Of a DNA stretch of 64,000 nt, positions 9,515-20,067 are shown one piece after another. The translations under genes were made by a program, and so were the position numbers. The notes under the pieces are model-generated. The model was not told the DNA's origin, did not search any database, and saw only the letters and a program-made list of their open reading frames with translations. Origin of the DNA: an uncultured Campylobacter sp. (GTDB lineage: Bacteria > Campylobacterota > Campylobacteria > Campylobacterales > Campylobacteraceae); the NCBI GenBank assembly GCA_937990735.1, contig CALKQT010000034.1, positions 15,200-79,199 of the forward strand. The letters run 5' to 3'. Positions within the stretch are counted from its first letter, which is position 1. Each line of letters opens with the position of its first letter.

Positions 9515-9784
9515 CTACGGATCGGATCGCTCATTTTCGCTACCGGCGGGAGCGCGTTTAAGTAGCTCCTGTTCGCGAGCGAATAATCTGCAAAATTTTT
9601 CCCAGTCGTGCAGATAGACGAGCCTGTGCTCTTTGCCATTTTCGTCTATGTAGATGCCTTGCGTCGAGCATAGGCTCATCTTTTGCCAGTAGCCGAAAAA
9701 CGGCAGTGCCTCGATGTCATCTTGCAGTACACCTCGCATCGTGCCGTTATCGTAAATTTTTAAATCATAATAAGTCATTTCCAT
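9515..9784 (-). CDS. Hypothetical small protein
   Basis: 89-aa ORF with no recognisable motif. Sits in a small accessory islet. Confidence 0.4.
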   Translation of the reverse strand: MEMTYYDLKIYDNGTMRGVLQDDIEALPFFGYWQKMSLCSTQGIYIDENGKEHRLVYLHDWEKFCRLFAREQELLKRAPAGSENERSDP

Positions 9785-9990
9785 TTTTAACCTTTCTAAA
9801 TTTTATATCTATGAAATTCTGCCGCGATAAAATTCTGCTTTCTTAAAATTTTATCGAGATAAAATTCCGTAAGTCGGATTTAGAATTTTAAAATTCCATG
9901 CGCCACGAAATTTGCTGTAAATTCCGCCCCTTTAAATTTTGCGGCGTCAATCCTCGATGAAGCCCTGTAGAATTTTACCGCAAGTAAAAT
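9785..9990. repeat. Intergenic RAATTY-rich short-period repeat block
   Basis: ctatgaaattctgcc, gataaaattctgc, cttaaaatttta, gataaaattccg, tagaattttaaaattcc, cgaaatttgc, gtaaattccgcc, ttaaattttgcgg. Confidence 0.7.
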
Positions 9991-10920
9991 TTAGCCTACC
10001 AGCGCCTTTAGCTGCTCGGCGTTTAGCCCATCCACCAAAATATAGCTCGTATCGATGAAGCGGTAGTTTTGCTTCGGCAGGCGCGCGATAAAATCGTCGT
10101 ATTCCAGCTCGGCGATTGCATGGTAGTTATCGGCGTCGTTTTCGTCGCCCTCGATGCCTATGAGTGCGATCTGCCAGCGCGCGACGTCGTTATTTTTCAG
10201 CATCTCCGTGTTTTGCCATTCCACAAACGGTTTGTAAGGCAGGATAGTAGGTAGGTCTTGCGTGAGCGCGTATGAGCCCATTATCGTGCCGTCATCTCCA
10301 TTTCGATAAAACCTCTGGCGCGCGCTGTAAGCGTCGAGATACTGCACCTCGGTTAGCCGCTTGCTAAACTCGGCAGAGGGGTTGTATGAGGCTAAAATTT
10401 CATCCATCATCGCGCGGTTTATCGCAAAAGGCCTCTCTACTCCGTAGCAAAAATTTACCTCCGTATCGCCACTTAAGTGCTGATCTATCGAATGCAGTCC
10501 CGCCGATATATCGCGCTCGTAGTCGAATTCCTCTATCCTGTCGTGGGTGTAAATTTCGCCGTTTTCATCCGCGATCTCGCCCCCCAGCTGCTTAGATAGC
10601 GCCTGTAGATATGAGATTGCCAAAACCCAATCAAATACCGTCGCTGGCGTATTTATGCGCACGGCGTAGCTTTGCTGCTCCTCGTCATATCTTAGCTCCA
10701 TCCCGCGCCCGCTCTTGCCTCGCACGCCCAAGATCAAGCACTCCTGCTCGCTCAAAGGCGATTTTAAAAACGCCCTCTCGTCAAAGTCCTCGGCGCTCTC
10801 GTCTATGCCAAATACCGATAGATCGGGTAGGAGCTCCAATGCCTTGCCTACGCTCATGGCGTCCGAATAGCCCATAAATAGCGGGCGCTTTTTGTTTTTG
10901 ACGCGGAATTCTACGCTCAT
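9991..10920 (-). CDS. Hypothetical protein (309 aa), no recognisable catalytic motif
   Basis: Start chosen at MSVEFRV (cat at 10918..10920), preceded by AAAGGAGAAAACG. The longer ORF to 10995 lacks an RBS. Confidence 0.6.
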   Translation of the reverse strand: MSVEFRVKNKKRPLFMGYSDAMSVGKALELLPDLSVFGIDESAEDFDERAFLKSPLSEQECLILGVRGKSGRGMELRYDEEQQSYAVRINTPATVFDWVLAISYLQALSKQLGGEIADENGEIYTHDRIEEFDYERDISAGLHSIDQHLSGDTEVNFCYGVERPFAINRAMMDEILASYNPSAEFSKRLTEVQYLDAYSARQRFYRNGDDGTIMGSYALTQDLPTILPYKPFVEWQNTEMLKNNDVARWQIALIGIEGDENDADNYHAIAELEYDDFIARLPKQNYRFIDTSYILVDGLNAEQLKALVG

Positions 10921-11081
10921 CGTTTTCTCCTTTGTTAAATTGGCAAAATTATAGCGAAATTTTACCCGCCGCAGCGGGCTAAATTTGTAGCGCAAGGAGT
11001 TGCAAAAAGTAAGCTTAAAGCTTTTTGGAAGTAGAATTTAAGTGGGTCACACAGGCGGTAAATTTAATCAAAGGAGCGAAA

Positions 11082-11720
11082 ATGACGAAAGATCAATGCT
11101 GCGTCCTAAAGCATTTGACGGCGGGCGAGACGGGCGGTTTTGGGAAAACGGGCGAGATGAATGACGGGGAGTTTTTGAACGCGCTTACCGGAAAAGGGCT
11201 TGTTTGGATGCTTGACTGGGTCGGCGAGGACGAGACGGGAGAGCTGGGTAAATTTATCAGCTCTAGGCTTGATGCGCTGCAAAGTGGCGTGGCTCTAGAG
11301 TGCGATAAAATTTACGCAAGGCTCGAAAAAGAAGCAAAAAAAGAGGGTTTCGAGCGCGGCGATGCGAGCCTATTTTTGATGAACGAGTTTCAAAAGGCGC
11401 TGAAAAAGAGCGATTTTAGGCTCTTTACTTTGGACCTTCATAGCGACGCTTATTATCTGCTCGTCGCGCACAAGGACGCCGAGAAAGATTTTAAAAAGCT
11501 AGGCAAGCGCGAGGAGCTATTTTGGGATATCGCGCCGTGGGGCAAGCGCCGCAAAAGGCAGATCCTTTACGTCATAAACTGCGAGTGCGGCGAGATGTCT
11601 GCGTGGCAGCTGGATGCGGACGAGCCGTCGCCAAGAGACGAGGTTTGCGAGGTCTGCGGGCGGGTGCTTTTTGACGCAGACGGCAATGCGATGCAGCCTT
11701 TGGAGAAGGAATTTATCTGA
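11082..11720 (+). CDS. Hypothetical protein with C-terminal CxC...CxxC zinc-ribbon-like motif
   Basis: Start at MTKDQ, preceded by AAAGGAGCGAAA. C-terminus is INCECGEMSAW...EVCEVCGRVLFD. Confidence 0.55.
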   Translation: MTKDQCCVLKHLTAGETGGFGKTGEMNDGEFLNALTGKGLVWMLDWVGEDETGELGKFISSRLDALQSGVALECDKIYARLEKEAKKEGFERGDASLFLMNEFQKALKKSDFRLFTLDLHSDAYYLLVAHKDAEKDFKKLGKREELFWDIAPWGKRRKRQILYVINCECGEMSAWQLDADEPSPRDEVCEVCGRVLFDADGNAMQPLEKEFI

Positions 11721-12408
11721 TCTTTTTACTTATCGCGGCTTTGCGTGCGAAGTTTCGGCTAGATGAAAAGTTAAATTTTATTGCGCAGCTCAGCAGGATT
11801 TGGCGCACAGGTTTGGTTTGCAGCTCGGCGGCGAAACGTAGTTTAAATTTAAGGCTTGCCGGGCGGCGGAATATGTTTTCATACGGCTCGCTTTGGTAGT
11901 AAAATACGCTTCGGCGCGGCTAGTTTTGCTTTGCTGTTTGCGTGAGCGGTAAAATTCGCGGCTTGCATTTGTATCTCGCAAGACCGCAGCGCAGGACGCA
12001 CTCTTTTAGCGCTTACGTTCCGCTTTTATGTTCTTGCCTCTCAAGTTCGCAGTCACAGACGTATCCGTTCAATGCTGCGCTAAATTTTGATTTTAATGGT
12101 TATGGACGCCAAGCCTGCTCCACCAAAAATCAAAATTTAGCTCTGCCTGCGATCACTAATTTTATAATCCTGTAAATTTAAAATTTTAAGCGTAAAATTT
12201 TGAACTAAAATCTCTAAATTTTAAATGCGATACGAGCTTACTGGCTCGCTTGTTATAAGGTTCGTAAACTCCGCCGCCGCATAAGCGACGAATTTATTCG
12301 ATAAAAATAAGACAAAATTTTAGCTAGAGCGCTCGAAAAGAATTCCGATGTTAGCACGCCCTTAAACGCGCTGTGTTTGAAATCCGAAACCGACGAGGTG
12401 CGGCGAGG

Positions 12409-13386
12409 CTAGCCGCGAGCTTTGGCGATGCACGCCTCAATCGCCGCCATCACCGCTGCGCGAAACCCCGCAGCCTCCAGTGCCGCCAGCCCCTCAATCG
12501 TCGTGCCTGCAGGCGAGCAGACCGCGTCTTTAAGCTCCGATGGGCGCTTGCCTCTTTGTAGCAGGCGCGCCGTGCCCTCTACTGCCGCCGCTACCGCGTC
12601 GTAGCACAGCGCTCGCGGCAGTCCGCCCCGTACGCCCGCGTCTGCCGCCGCCTCGATAAAGGTGCACATATACGCAGGTAAGCTGCCAGCAATCCCCGTA
12701 AATGCGGCAAAACCAGCCTCGTCTATCTCGTAGAATTTGCCGATTTTGGCGGCTAGCGCTCGCACGATCTCCCGACTGGCCTCATCAAAATACTCGCCGT
12801 AGCACAGCGCCGTAGCTGACGCGCCGATACCCGCAGCGACGTTTGGCATCGCGCGGGCTACAAAAACGTCCGCACCTACGATATTTTGGGCGCACTCCAG
12901 CTTGAAATTCGGCGCCAAAAGAAGCAGGATTTTGCCCGCAAGCTCAGGCGCGATCAGGCGCAAAATCCCCTCGTAGCTGGCGGGCTTGGTCGCGAGCACG
13001 ATAATATCCGCTTCGTGCGCCAGCTGCGTCTCGCCTTGCAAAATTTGCACGCCGTAGCGCTTGCGTAAGGTTTCGTTTTTGCTTCTAGCATAAGCTAGGA
13101 CTTGAAGCTTCGTATCGGAGCTGGACTGTGCGTAAGAGGAATTTTGCCCGTCGCTAGCGGAATTTTGCATATCGGGCTCGGAATTCCGCTCGCAAGCGGT
13201 AAAATTTTGAGTATCGGGCATAAAATTCCGCCCGTCGTGCGCGCAATTCTCTCCGCTCGCTGCGCAATTTTCCTTATCCTCTGTAAAATTTTCTCTGCTC
13301 GCCGTGCAATTTTGCCCGCCAGCTTTGCAAAGTGCGGCGATCATCGCCTCGCCCATATTTCCGCCGCCGATAAATCCCACTTTCAT
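12409..13386 (-). CDS. proC: Pyrroline-5-carboxylate reductase carrying an in-frame heptad-repeat insertion of about 68 aa
   Basis: N-terminal Rossmann motif MKVGFIGGGNMGEAM. C-terminal PGGTTI-like motif SPAGTTIEGL. RBS AAAGGAGC before the ATG at 13386. The insertion lies between the first Rossmann helix and the next strand. Confidence 0.85.
   Translation of the reverse strand: MKVGFIGGGNMGEAMIAALCKAGGQNCTASRENFTEDKENCAASGENCAHDGRNFMPDTQNFTACERNSEPDMQNSASDGQNSSYAQSSSDTKLQVLAYARSKNETLRKRYGVQILQGETQLAHEADIIVLATKPASYEGILRLIAPELAGKILLLLAPNFKLECAQNIVGADVFVARAMPNVAAGIGASATALCYGEYFDEASREIVRALAAKIGKFYEIDEAGFAAFTGIAGSLPAYMCTFIEAAADAGVRGGLPRALCYDAVAAAVEGTARLLQRGKRPSELKDAVCSPAGTTIEGLAALEAAGFRAAVMAAIEACIAKARG
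13140..13328. repeat. Nine tandem 21-bp units, each starting with AATT (exact 21-bp phase), inside proC
   Basis: AATT at 13140, 13161, 13182, 13203, 13224, 13245, 13266, 13287 and 13308. The units diverge outside the core (aattttgcccgtcgctagcgg, aattttgcatatcgggctcgg, aattccgctcgcaagcggtaa, ...). Confidence 0.9.
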
Positions 13387-13502
13387 TTTCGCTCCTTTTA
13401 AAGCTAAATTATGCCTCAATGATAGCTCAAAATTTCTTTATCCGCCCTTGCGGCGCGCGGTTTATCTACGTAAAAGCAAATTTTAGCTACAATCTCGCCT
13501 AA

Positions 13503-14546
<1,044 letters not shown>

Positions 14547-14559
14547 TTTCGGCTGAGCT

Positions 14560-15750
14560 TTGGCTAATACAAATCCACGCGGGCGCCGTAAAAAGCGCCA
14601 GATCAACTACGCAACGATCGCCTTTGTCGTAATCTTATGCTTTTTAAGCGGTGCGGTTACCTACGCGGTTTTGGATCTCGTATTTTCGGGCAATAAAGCC
14701 GCGTTGCAGCAAAGCTCGCGCAAACAAACTCCCGAGAGCCCTTCCGATTCTCGCGGTAAAAAGCCGCGTTTAAGCGCTGCACAGAAGGAAACTCTGATTC
14801 AAAAGGAGCTTGATAAGATCGCCGAGCAAAACGTAACCGCGCCTAAGATGAGCATCGAGCCCGCACGGCAGAATTCCGCAGGACAAAATTCTTCAAACGG
14901 CGATTCGCAAAATTCCGTAAATTCTATCGCTTCCTCAAATTCCGTCGCCGTAAATTCGGCAGGCGGCGGATCGGACGTAAATTTTACCGCGGCAAATTCC
15001 GCTTCAGAAAATTCCATAAATTCTACCGCGCAAAGCCACGCTTCTAGCGGCGCGGACGATCTTTCTAAATCGCCGCGCAAGGCTTTGCCCGCAGGCTCTC
15101 GCGCAAAGCTAGCGATCATCATCGACGACGTAGGTACCGGCGAGCAGGCGCAAAAGATTGCCGCGCTGCCCGTGCGAGTGACGCCATCCATCTTCCCGCC
15201 CGAGTATCAGCGCAAGGACACGCGCTCGCTCGCTCGCGGCTTTGAGCATTACGCGATCCACCTGCCGATGGAGGCGAGCTCTGCCAAAAATAATTCCGCG
15301 ACGCTGCGAGCTTCGGATAATTATGAAAAGCTGCAAGGCGTCATAGCGAAGCTACGCGCGGACTTTCCGAACGCTAAATTTATAAACAACCACACCGGTT
15401 CTAAATTTACCGCCGACGAGCGCGCGATGCAAAACCTACTGCGCGCGATGAACGAGCATGGATTTTTATTTATCGACTCGCGCACGAGCCCCGCTACCAA
15501 GGCTAAGGCGGCGATGAATGAGCTTGGCATGCGATACGTGCATCGCGATGTATTTTTGGATAATCAAAACAGCGTCGCCGCGGTGCGCAAAAAGCTGCGC
15601 GAAGCCGTCGCGCTTGCTAAAAAGCAGGGTTACGCCATCGCTATCGGCCATCCCAAAAGCTCCACTCTGCGCGCGCTTGCAAACAGCGCCGACATCCTAG
15701 GCGAGGTCGATTTAGTGTATTTGGACGAAATTTATGAGTACTACGAGTGA
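14560..15750 (+). CDS. Divergent polysaccharide deacetylase family protein (YibQ-like) with N-terminal TM anchor and low-complexity linker
   Basis: LAIIIDDVGTG...HLPMEA...INNHTGS...GHP motifs. TTG start. Confidence 0.75.
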   Translation: MANTNPRGRRKKRQINYATIAFVVILCFLSGAVTYAVLDLVFSGNKAALQQSSRKQTPESPSDSRGKKPRLSAAQKETLIQKELDKIAEQNVTAPKMSIEPARQNSAGQNSSNGDSQNSVNSIASSNSVAVNSAGGGSDVNFTAANSASENSINSTAQSHASSGADDLSKSPRKALPAGSRAKLAIIIDDVGTGEQAQKIAALPVRVTPSIFPPEYQRKDTRSLARGFEHYAIHLPMEASSAKNNSATLRASDNYEKLQGVIAKLRADFPNAKFINNHTGSKFTADERAMQNLLRAMNEHGFLFIDSRTSPATKAKAAMNELGMRYVHRDVFLDNQNSVAAVRKKLREAVALAKKQGYAIAIGHPKSSTLRALANSADILGEVDLVYLDEIYEYYE

Positions 15751-16522
15751 GCTCGGTTTTAAAATTCAAAGCCTAGCAAGGCTCGGTGCGAGCGAGCCCG
15801 CGCAGCTGTATTTTAGGGGCGAGCCGGCGCTACTGCAAAAGCGCCGCATCTCGATCGTGGGCTCGCGCAAGATGAGCGTTTATAGTAAAAATTTGATCCT
15901 GCGCCTTGCGCGCGCTTTGAGCGATGCGGACTTTTGCGTCGTAAGCGGCGCGGCGATCGGCTGCGACATAGCCGCGCACGAAGGGGCGTTTCCAAACACG
16001 ATTGCGGTTTTTGGAAACGGTCTTGATCAAATTTATCCCGCGCAAAACGCCACCATGATCGGCAAAATTTATGAGCGTAGCCTCGCGCTTAGCGAGTATG
16101 AGGACGGCGTGAGCGCGCGCGGATTTCAGTTTTTGCAGCGCAACCGCATCGTCGTGGCGCTGTCCGAAGCTCTGATTATCGCTCAAGCCGAGCCTCGCAG
16201 CGGCTCGCTGCAAAGCGCGCGCCTGGCTCGTGAGATGGGCGTGCCCGTGTACGTGCTGCCGCACCGAATGGACGAGAGCGCGGGCACGAATGATCTGCTC
16301 GCAAAATCTCAGGCGCGACTGATTGCGGATTTTGGCGAATTTGTCGCCTCTTTGGCTCCGCAGACGCCGCAAAACACTGAGCGCGCACGGGATGAGGTGA
16401 TGGAATTTTTAGCGCTAAATTCCGATCTGCAAGCGGCGATCGAGCGCTTCGGAGATAAAATTTACGAATACGAGCTTGAAGGCAGGATCGAAATTTTAGG
16501 CGCAAAGATAGTGGCAAAATAG
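15734..16522 (+). CDS. dprA: DNA processing protein DprA (Smf)
   Basis: IVGSRKMS.Y......L...L......VVSGAAIGCDIAAHEGA Rossmann-like DprA core. Overlaps the upstream gene by 17 nt. Confidence 0.85.
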   Translation: MSTTSELGFKIQSLARLGASEPAQLYFRGEPALLQKRRISIVGSRKMSVYSKNLILRLARALSDADFCVVSGAAIGCDIAAHEGAFPNTIAVFGNGLDQIYPAQNATMIGKIYERSLALSEYEDGVSARGFQFLQRNRIVVALSEALIIAQAEPRSGSLQSARLAREMGVPVYVLPHRMDESAGTNDLLAKSQARLIADFGEFVASLAPQTPQNTERARDEVMEFLALNSDLQAAIERFGDKIYEYELEGRIEILGAKIVAK

Positions 16523-16721
16523 CTGATGAGCGGCGTTTGCTCGCTATGACTTGTGCACCGCCGCTCGCCGGTACGGCTTGTTTGCACGGCGCGTAATCTG
16601 CGCAGTCGGTGTTTAAATTTAGAAAAAAAGCGGCTCGGTAAAATTTTACCTTCCGCAAGTAGCACTTGAGCTTAAAATAAACCCGCGCGGCTTGCCGAAG
16701 CTGAATTAAAAAGGATGAAAT

Positions 16722-17114
16722 TTGATAGTTGCGATCGATCTTGGGCTTAAACGTATCGGTGTGGCAGCGGCACCGGATGATAAGACGCCGCTTCCGTGCG
16801 AGCCGATCCTGCGCAAAAACCGCACCCAAGCCGCGCGCGAGCTAAGCGAACTGCTGCGCGAAAAGGGCGCCAGCGTGCTAGTGCTGGGCGTGCCGCGCGG
16901 CGGGGCAAGCGAAGAGGAGATGAGCAGGCGCATACGCCACTTCGCCTCGCTGCTGGATTTTGACGGCGAGATAAAATTTCAAGACGAGAGCTTTTCGAGC
17001 GCCGAAGCGGCGGAGTTTGTGAGCAAAGGCATTAAAGGCGGCGGCAAGGACGCGCGCTTTGATAGCATTGCCGCGACGATAATTTTACAGAGGTTTTTGT
17101 CGAGTAAGGGTTAG
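16722..17114 (+). CDS. ruvX: Putative pre-16S rRNA nuclease / Holliday-junction-resolvase-like protein YqgF
   Basis: N-terminal IVAIDLGLKRIGVA motif, 130 aa, TTG start. Confidence 0.85.
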   Translation: MIVAIDLGLKRIGVAAAPDDKTPLPCEPILRKNRTQAARELSELLREKGASVLVLGVPRGGASEEEMSRRIRHFASLLDFDGEIKFQDESFSSAEAAEFVSKGIKGGGKDARFDSIAATIILQRFLSSKG

Positions 17115-17560
17115 GTGCGTGCGCAGCAACGTAATTTGCGCGCAGCTGCGCAAGAGAGAATTGCCACTCATCTGTTTTGCCGACCACTTAATGCTCGCAA
17201 AATTTTATCTTGCCCGCCTAAACGGACGGATTTTATGCGCGCCGAAAGTCGGTAAAATTTCATCGTCTGCTAAAGCTCGGCAGAATTTTGATTTGCCTGT
17301 AAAGAGCCTGCGGAATTTATTTTGGCGGTAGCCGTAAATGACGCTTTAGGTAGTTAAACCGAGTGAGATTGACGGTGGTTTAAGCTTCAAGTAGTGAGGC
17401 TTATGTATTTTGGGATCTGCATTCGCGCGTACGGCTACTATTTAAGTTCTCGCAAAGCCTATTTAGGCGCAAAGAACGTGAAGTAAAAATCGCAAAAAGG
17501 CGCGGAGGTATCATAAAATAGGGCGCAAATTTTGCGATAAATTTCATTTAGGGAGCGGTT

Positions 17561-17941
17561 ATGTTTAAGATCACGATGTTGGTAAAAAAAGCGCCGGGTA
17601 TCACGCAGCAGGAGTTTGTGGCACACTGGGCGGCGCATTCACAAAAGGTTTTGGCTAATCAAAAGGCACTAAATATCGTCCGCTATGCAAAAACTATGCC
17701 CGTCTTTCCAGAGGGACAGAGCACCAGGCGCGAGACGGCGGCGTTTAGCTACGATGCGATGGGCGAGCTGTGGTATGAGAGCGTGCAGGCGTTTGCGGAG
17801 GCGCGAAACAGCGAGGCGGCGCGAGTGGTGCTAGCTGAGCTGATGGCGGATGAGGCGAGGTTTTGTGATATGAAAAACTCGGTAATGTGGTTCGGCGAGG
17901 AGGAGGAGGCTGCGATAGAGTTCGGCTCCAAAGAAGCGTAA
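17561..17941 (+). CDS. EthD-domain protein
   Basis: 126 aa. MFKITMLVKKAPGITQQEFVAHW pattern typical of the EthD/dimeric alpha-beta barrel family. RBS GGGAG. Confidence 0.6.
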   Translation: MFKITMLVKKAPGITQQEFVAHWAAHSQKVLANQKALNIVRYAKTMPVFPEGQSTRRETAAFSYDAMGELWYESVQAFAEARNSEAARVVLAELMADEARFCDMKNSVMWFGEEEEAAIEFGSKEA

Positions 17942-18737
17942 ATTTAAAGACCGAGAGGATAAAATTTCATGGATCGTATAAGCGGCGAAAAGCGGAAATT
18001 TATCGCTCATGACCGATATGCTTTTTTGGCATACAGCGCGCGGAATCGCGGCAAATATAGTGCTCATGGATGATGTGTGGGTGCAGCATACACATATGAA
18101 ATTTACGTACGCTATACAGATACTGCGCGGCCTAAATTATTTTAAGACTCACCATATCTAATTGGTGCGATCTAAGAATCCTGGGTATTGAGCCAAAACG
18201 CCTAAAGACGCATTATGCTTACGATTTTAGCATAGGCAAGCCGATTTTTCTAAGATAAAATTTAAAGGCTGGCAGCGTAAAATTTTTTAAAATTTCTAAG
18301 CAGCAATGCGAAATTTTCAAAAGTTTTCTAGGGCACGGCAAGATGCTTGTCGCGGGTTTGGTATGCAACAAAATATTTTACACACTAGATTATCGCCCTG
18401 ATAAATTACCATTGCAGAGGCTGTAGGTGCTTAAGACCTCAATGATTAAATACGTTTTAGTCCTATTATAAATACTATAGCCGTGGACAGTCATATAGAC
18501 GTGTGAGTAAAAATTGAGGCAAGCCAGCCATAAAAATAATCTTGCAAGTAAAATTTTAATTTGCCTTTTTAAAATTCCGCTCAAAGTTCCGTTTAAAATT
18601 TTATTCAAAAATTTTGCTTGGGATTTTGATAGGAATTTTGCAAAAATTCGCCGGAAATTTCACAGCTATTATCAAAAATTAAAATTTTATCCCTCGCTTT
18701 TTGCTATAATTATTTTTAAAATTTAAAAGGAGCAAAA

Positions 18738-19423
18738 ATGAAAATTTTAGCGTCGATTGCCGCACTAATCGTAGCAGCCTACTTGCTCGCGCAGATATTT
18801 TTCCCGCAAGGGGTCTCGTTTGTCGGATGCGGTGTCGGTAGGGCTAATTCGTGCGAAGACTATGGAGCATATTTGCTTGAGGAGCGAGATTATGAGGCGG
18901 CAAAAAGCCGTTTGAAAAAGCTTGTGAAGCAGGGCTGGAAAATAGCTGTGCTATCGCGGGGGATTTGTATTACGACGAGCAAAATTTATATAAAACTACA
19001 AAAGATAAGGGCAAGTCCGCGCGGTTTTATTCCAAAGCGTGCGAGCTGGGAGCTGCCAAAGCTTGCTACAACGCCGCGATAATCTCTTATAAAAATGCCG
19101 ATAAGAAAAATACGTTCGCATTTTTTGCCAAATCATGCGATTTGGGATTAGGCGAGGGCTGCTTGAACGCTGCGGTTGCTAGCTACGAAGAAAAAGACTA
19201 TCAGGGCGCTCTTAAGTTTTTCCTCAAATCTTGCGATGCCGCTTTGGCAGAGGGATGCCAAAGGGTCGGGCTAGTGTATTCAAAGAAGGAATTTGGCGAG
19301 CCGGATCTGGATAAGGCGATGATCTACTACGACAAGGCCTGCAAGCTGGGAGCTGAGTTTAGCTGCAATGTAGTAGCCGCGATGAATAAAATAAATGCAA
19401 GCGAGGCTAATGCGACTAAATAG
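18738..19423 (+). pseudogene. Sel1-like repeat cysteine-rich protein gene with a frameshift at an A5 run
   Basis: The signal-peptide frame (18738) and the SLR frame (18965 ORF, open from 18896) join if the A5 run at 18902..18906 were A6. This would give ...YEAAKKPFEKACEAGLENSCAIAGDLYYDEQ... Confidence 0.6.
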
Positions 19424-20067
19424 ATGGCAGGGCTAGCTAGATAATACCGGCGAGATCGAAATTAGTATAGAAATTTTGCGGAGCTTTATGGGATTTTATG
19501 AAATTCTGTGGAATTTTATTTCTAAATTTTATTGCTGAAATTCCGCATATTGCGATAATATCGATAGATAGTGGTTTTAAAATTTCAGTATTTTGGAAGT
19601 TTAGAATTTAATCTATGCTGGGGATTTTATTGACATAATTTTAATTTGTCATAGACTTACCCATCGCGATATAGGGATTTCATCATAATCATGGTGCTAA
19701 ATTATATATCGTTGAAGGAGAAAAAAATTGCGCAAACTAGCGAGTAGCTATGCAATCACAGCTGATATGGCGAAAATATCCGAAGAAGATCGCACGAGGT
19801 AATCAATCTGCGAAGTAAGTAAAATCAATTATCAAGTGGATGGAATCTATCAATAAACAAGTAAAATTATTCATCGCAAAGCAAGCAAAATCGATCTGTA
19901 AATGGGCAGATCAAGCTTAAAACTAACTCGAAGTAGCCTGTAAATAAACCAAATTGTAAGCAAGATAAATTTTAAGTAGGCATATTGTAAGAAAGTAAAA
20001 TTTTAGATGAGATAAGTGGGATAAATCGATTTCAAATCACCGTAGAAGTTGGATGAGGATTTTAATT

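Noticed and set aside
15830-16829. Long minus-strand ORFs (180 aa and 217 aa) antisense to dprA and the dprA-ruvX spacer
   Set aside because: Their translations are Arg/Ala-rich with no motifs or RBS, and the strand opposite has a clear DprA signature.
17119-17331. 70-aa ORF after ruvX
   Set aside because: It has no RBS, a basic low-complexity translation, and lies in repeat-like intergenic DNA.
17960-18160. Possible gene remnant: a 57-codon open frame ending …MKFTYAIQILRGLNYFKTHHI
   Set aside because: There is no start or RBS, it is too short, and my recollection of a matching family is vague. It cannot be supported without a BLASTX search.
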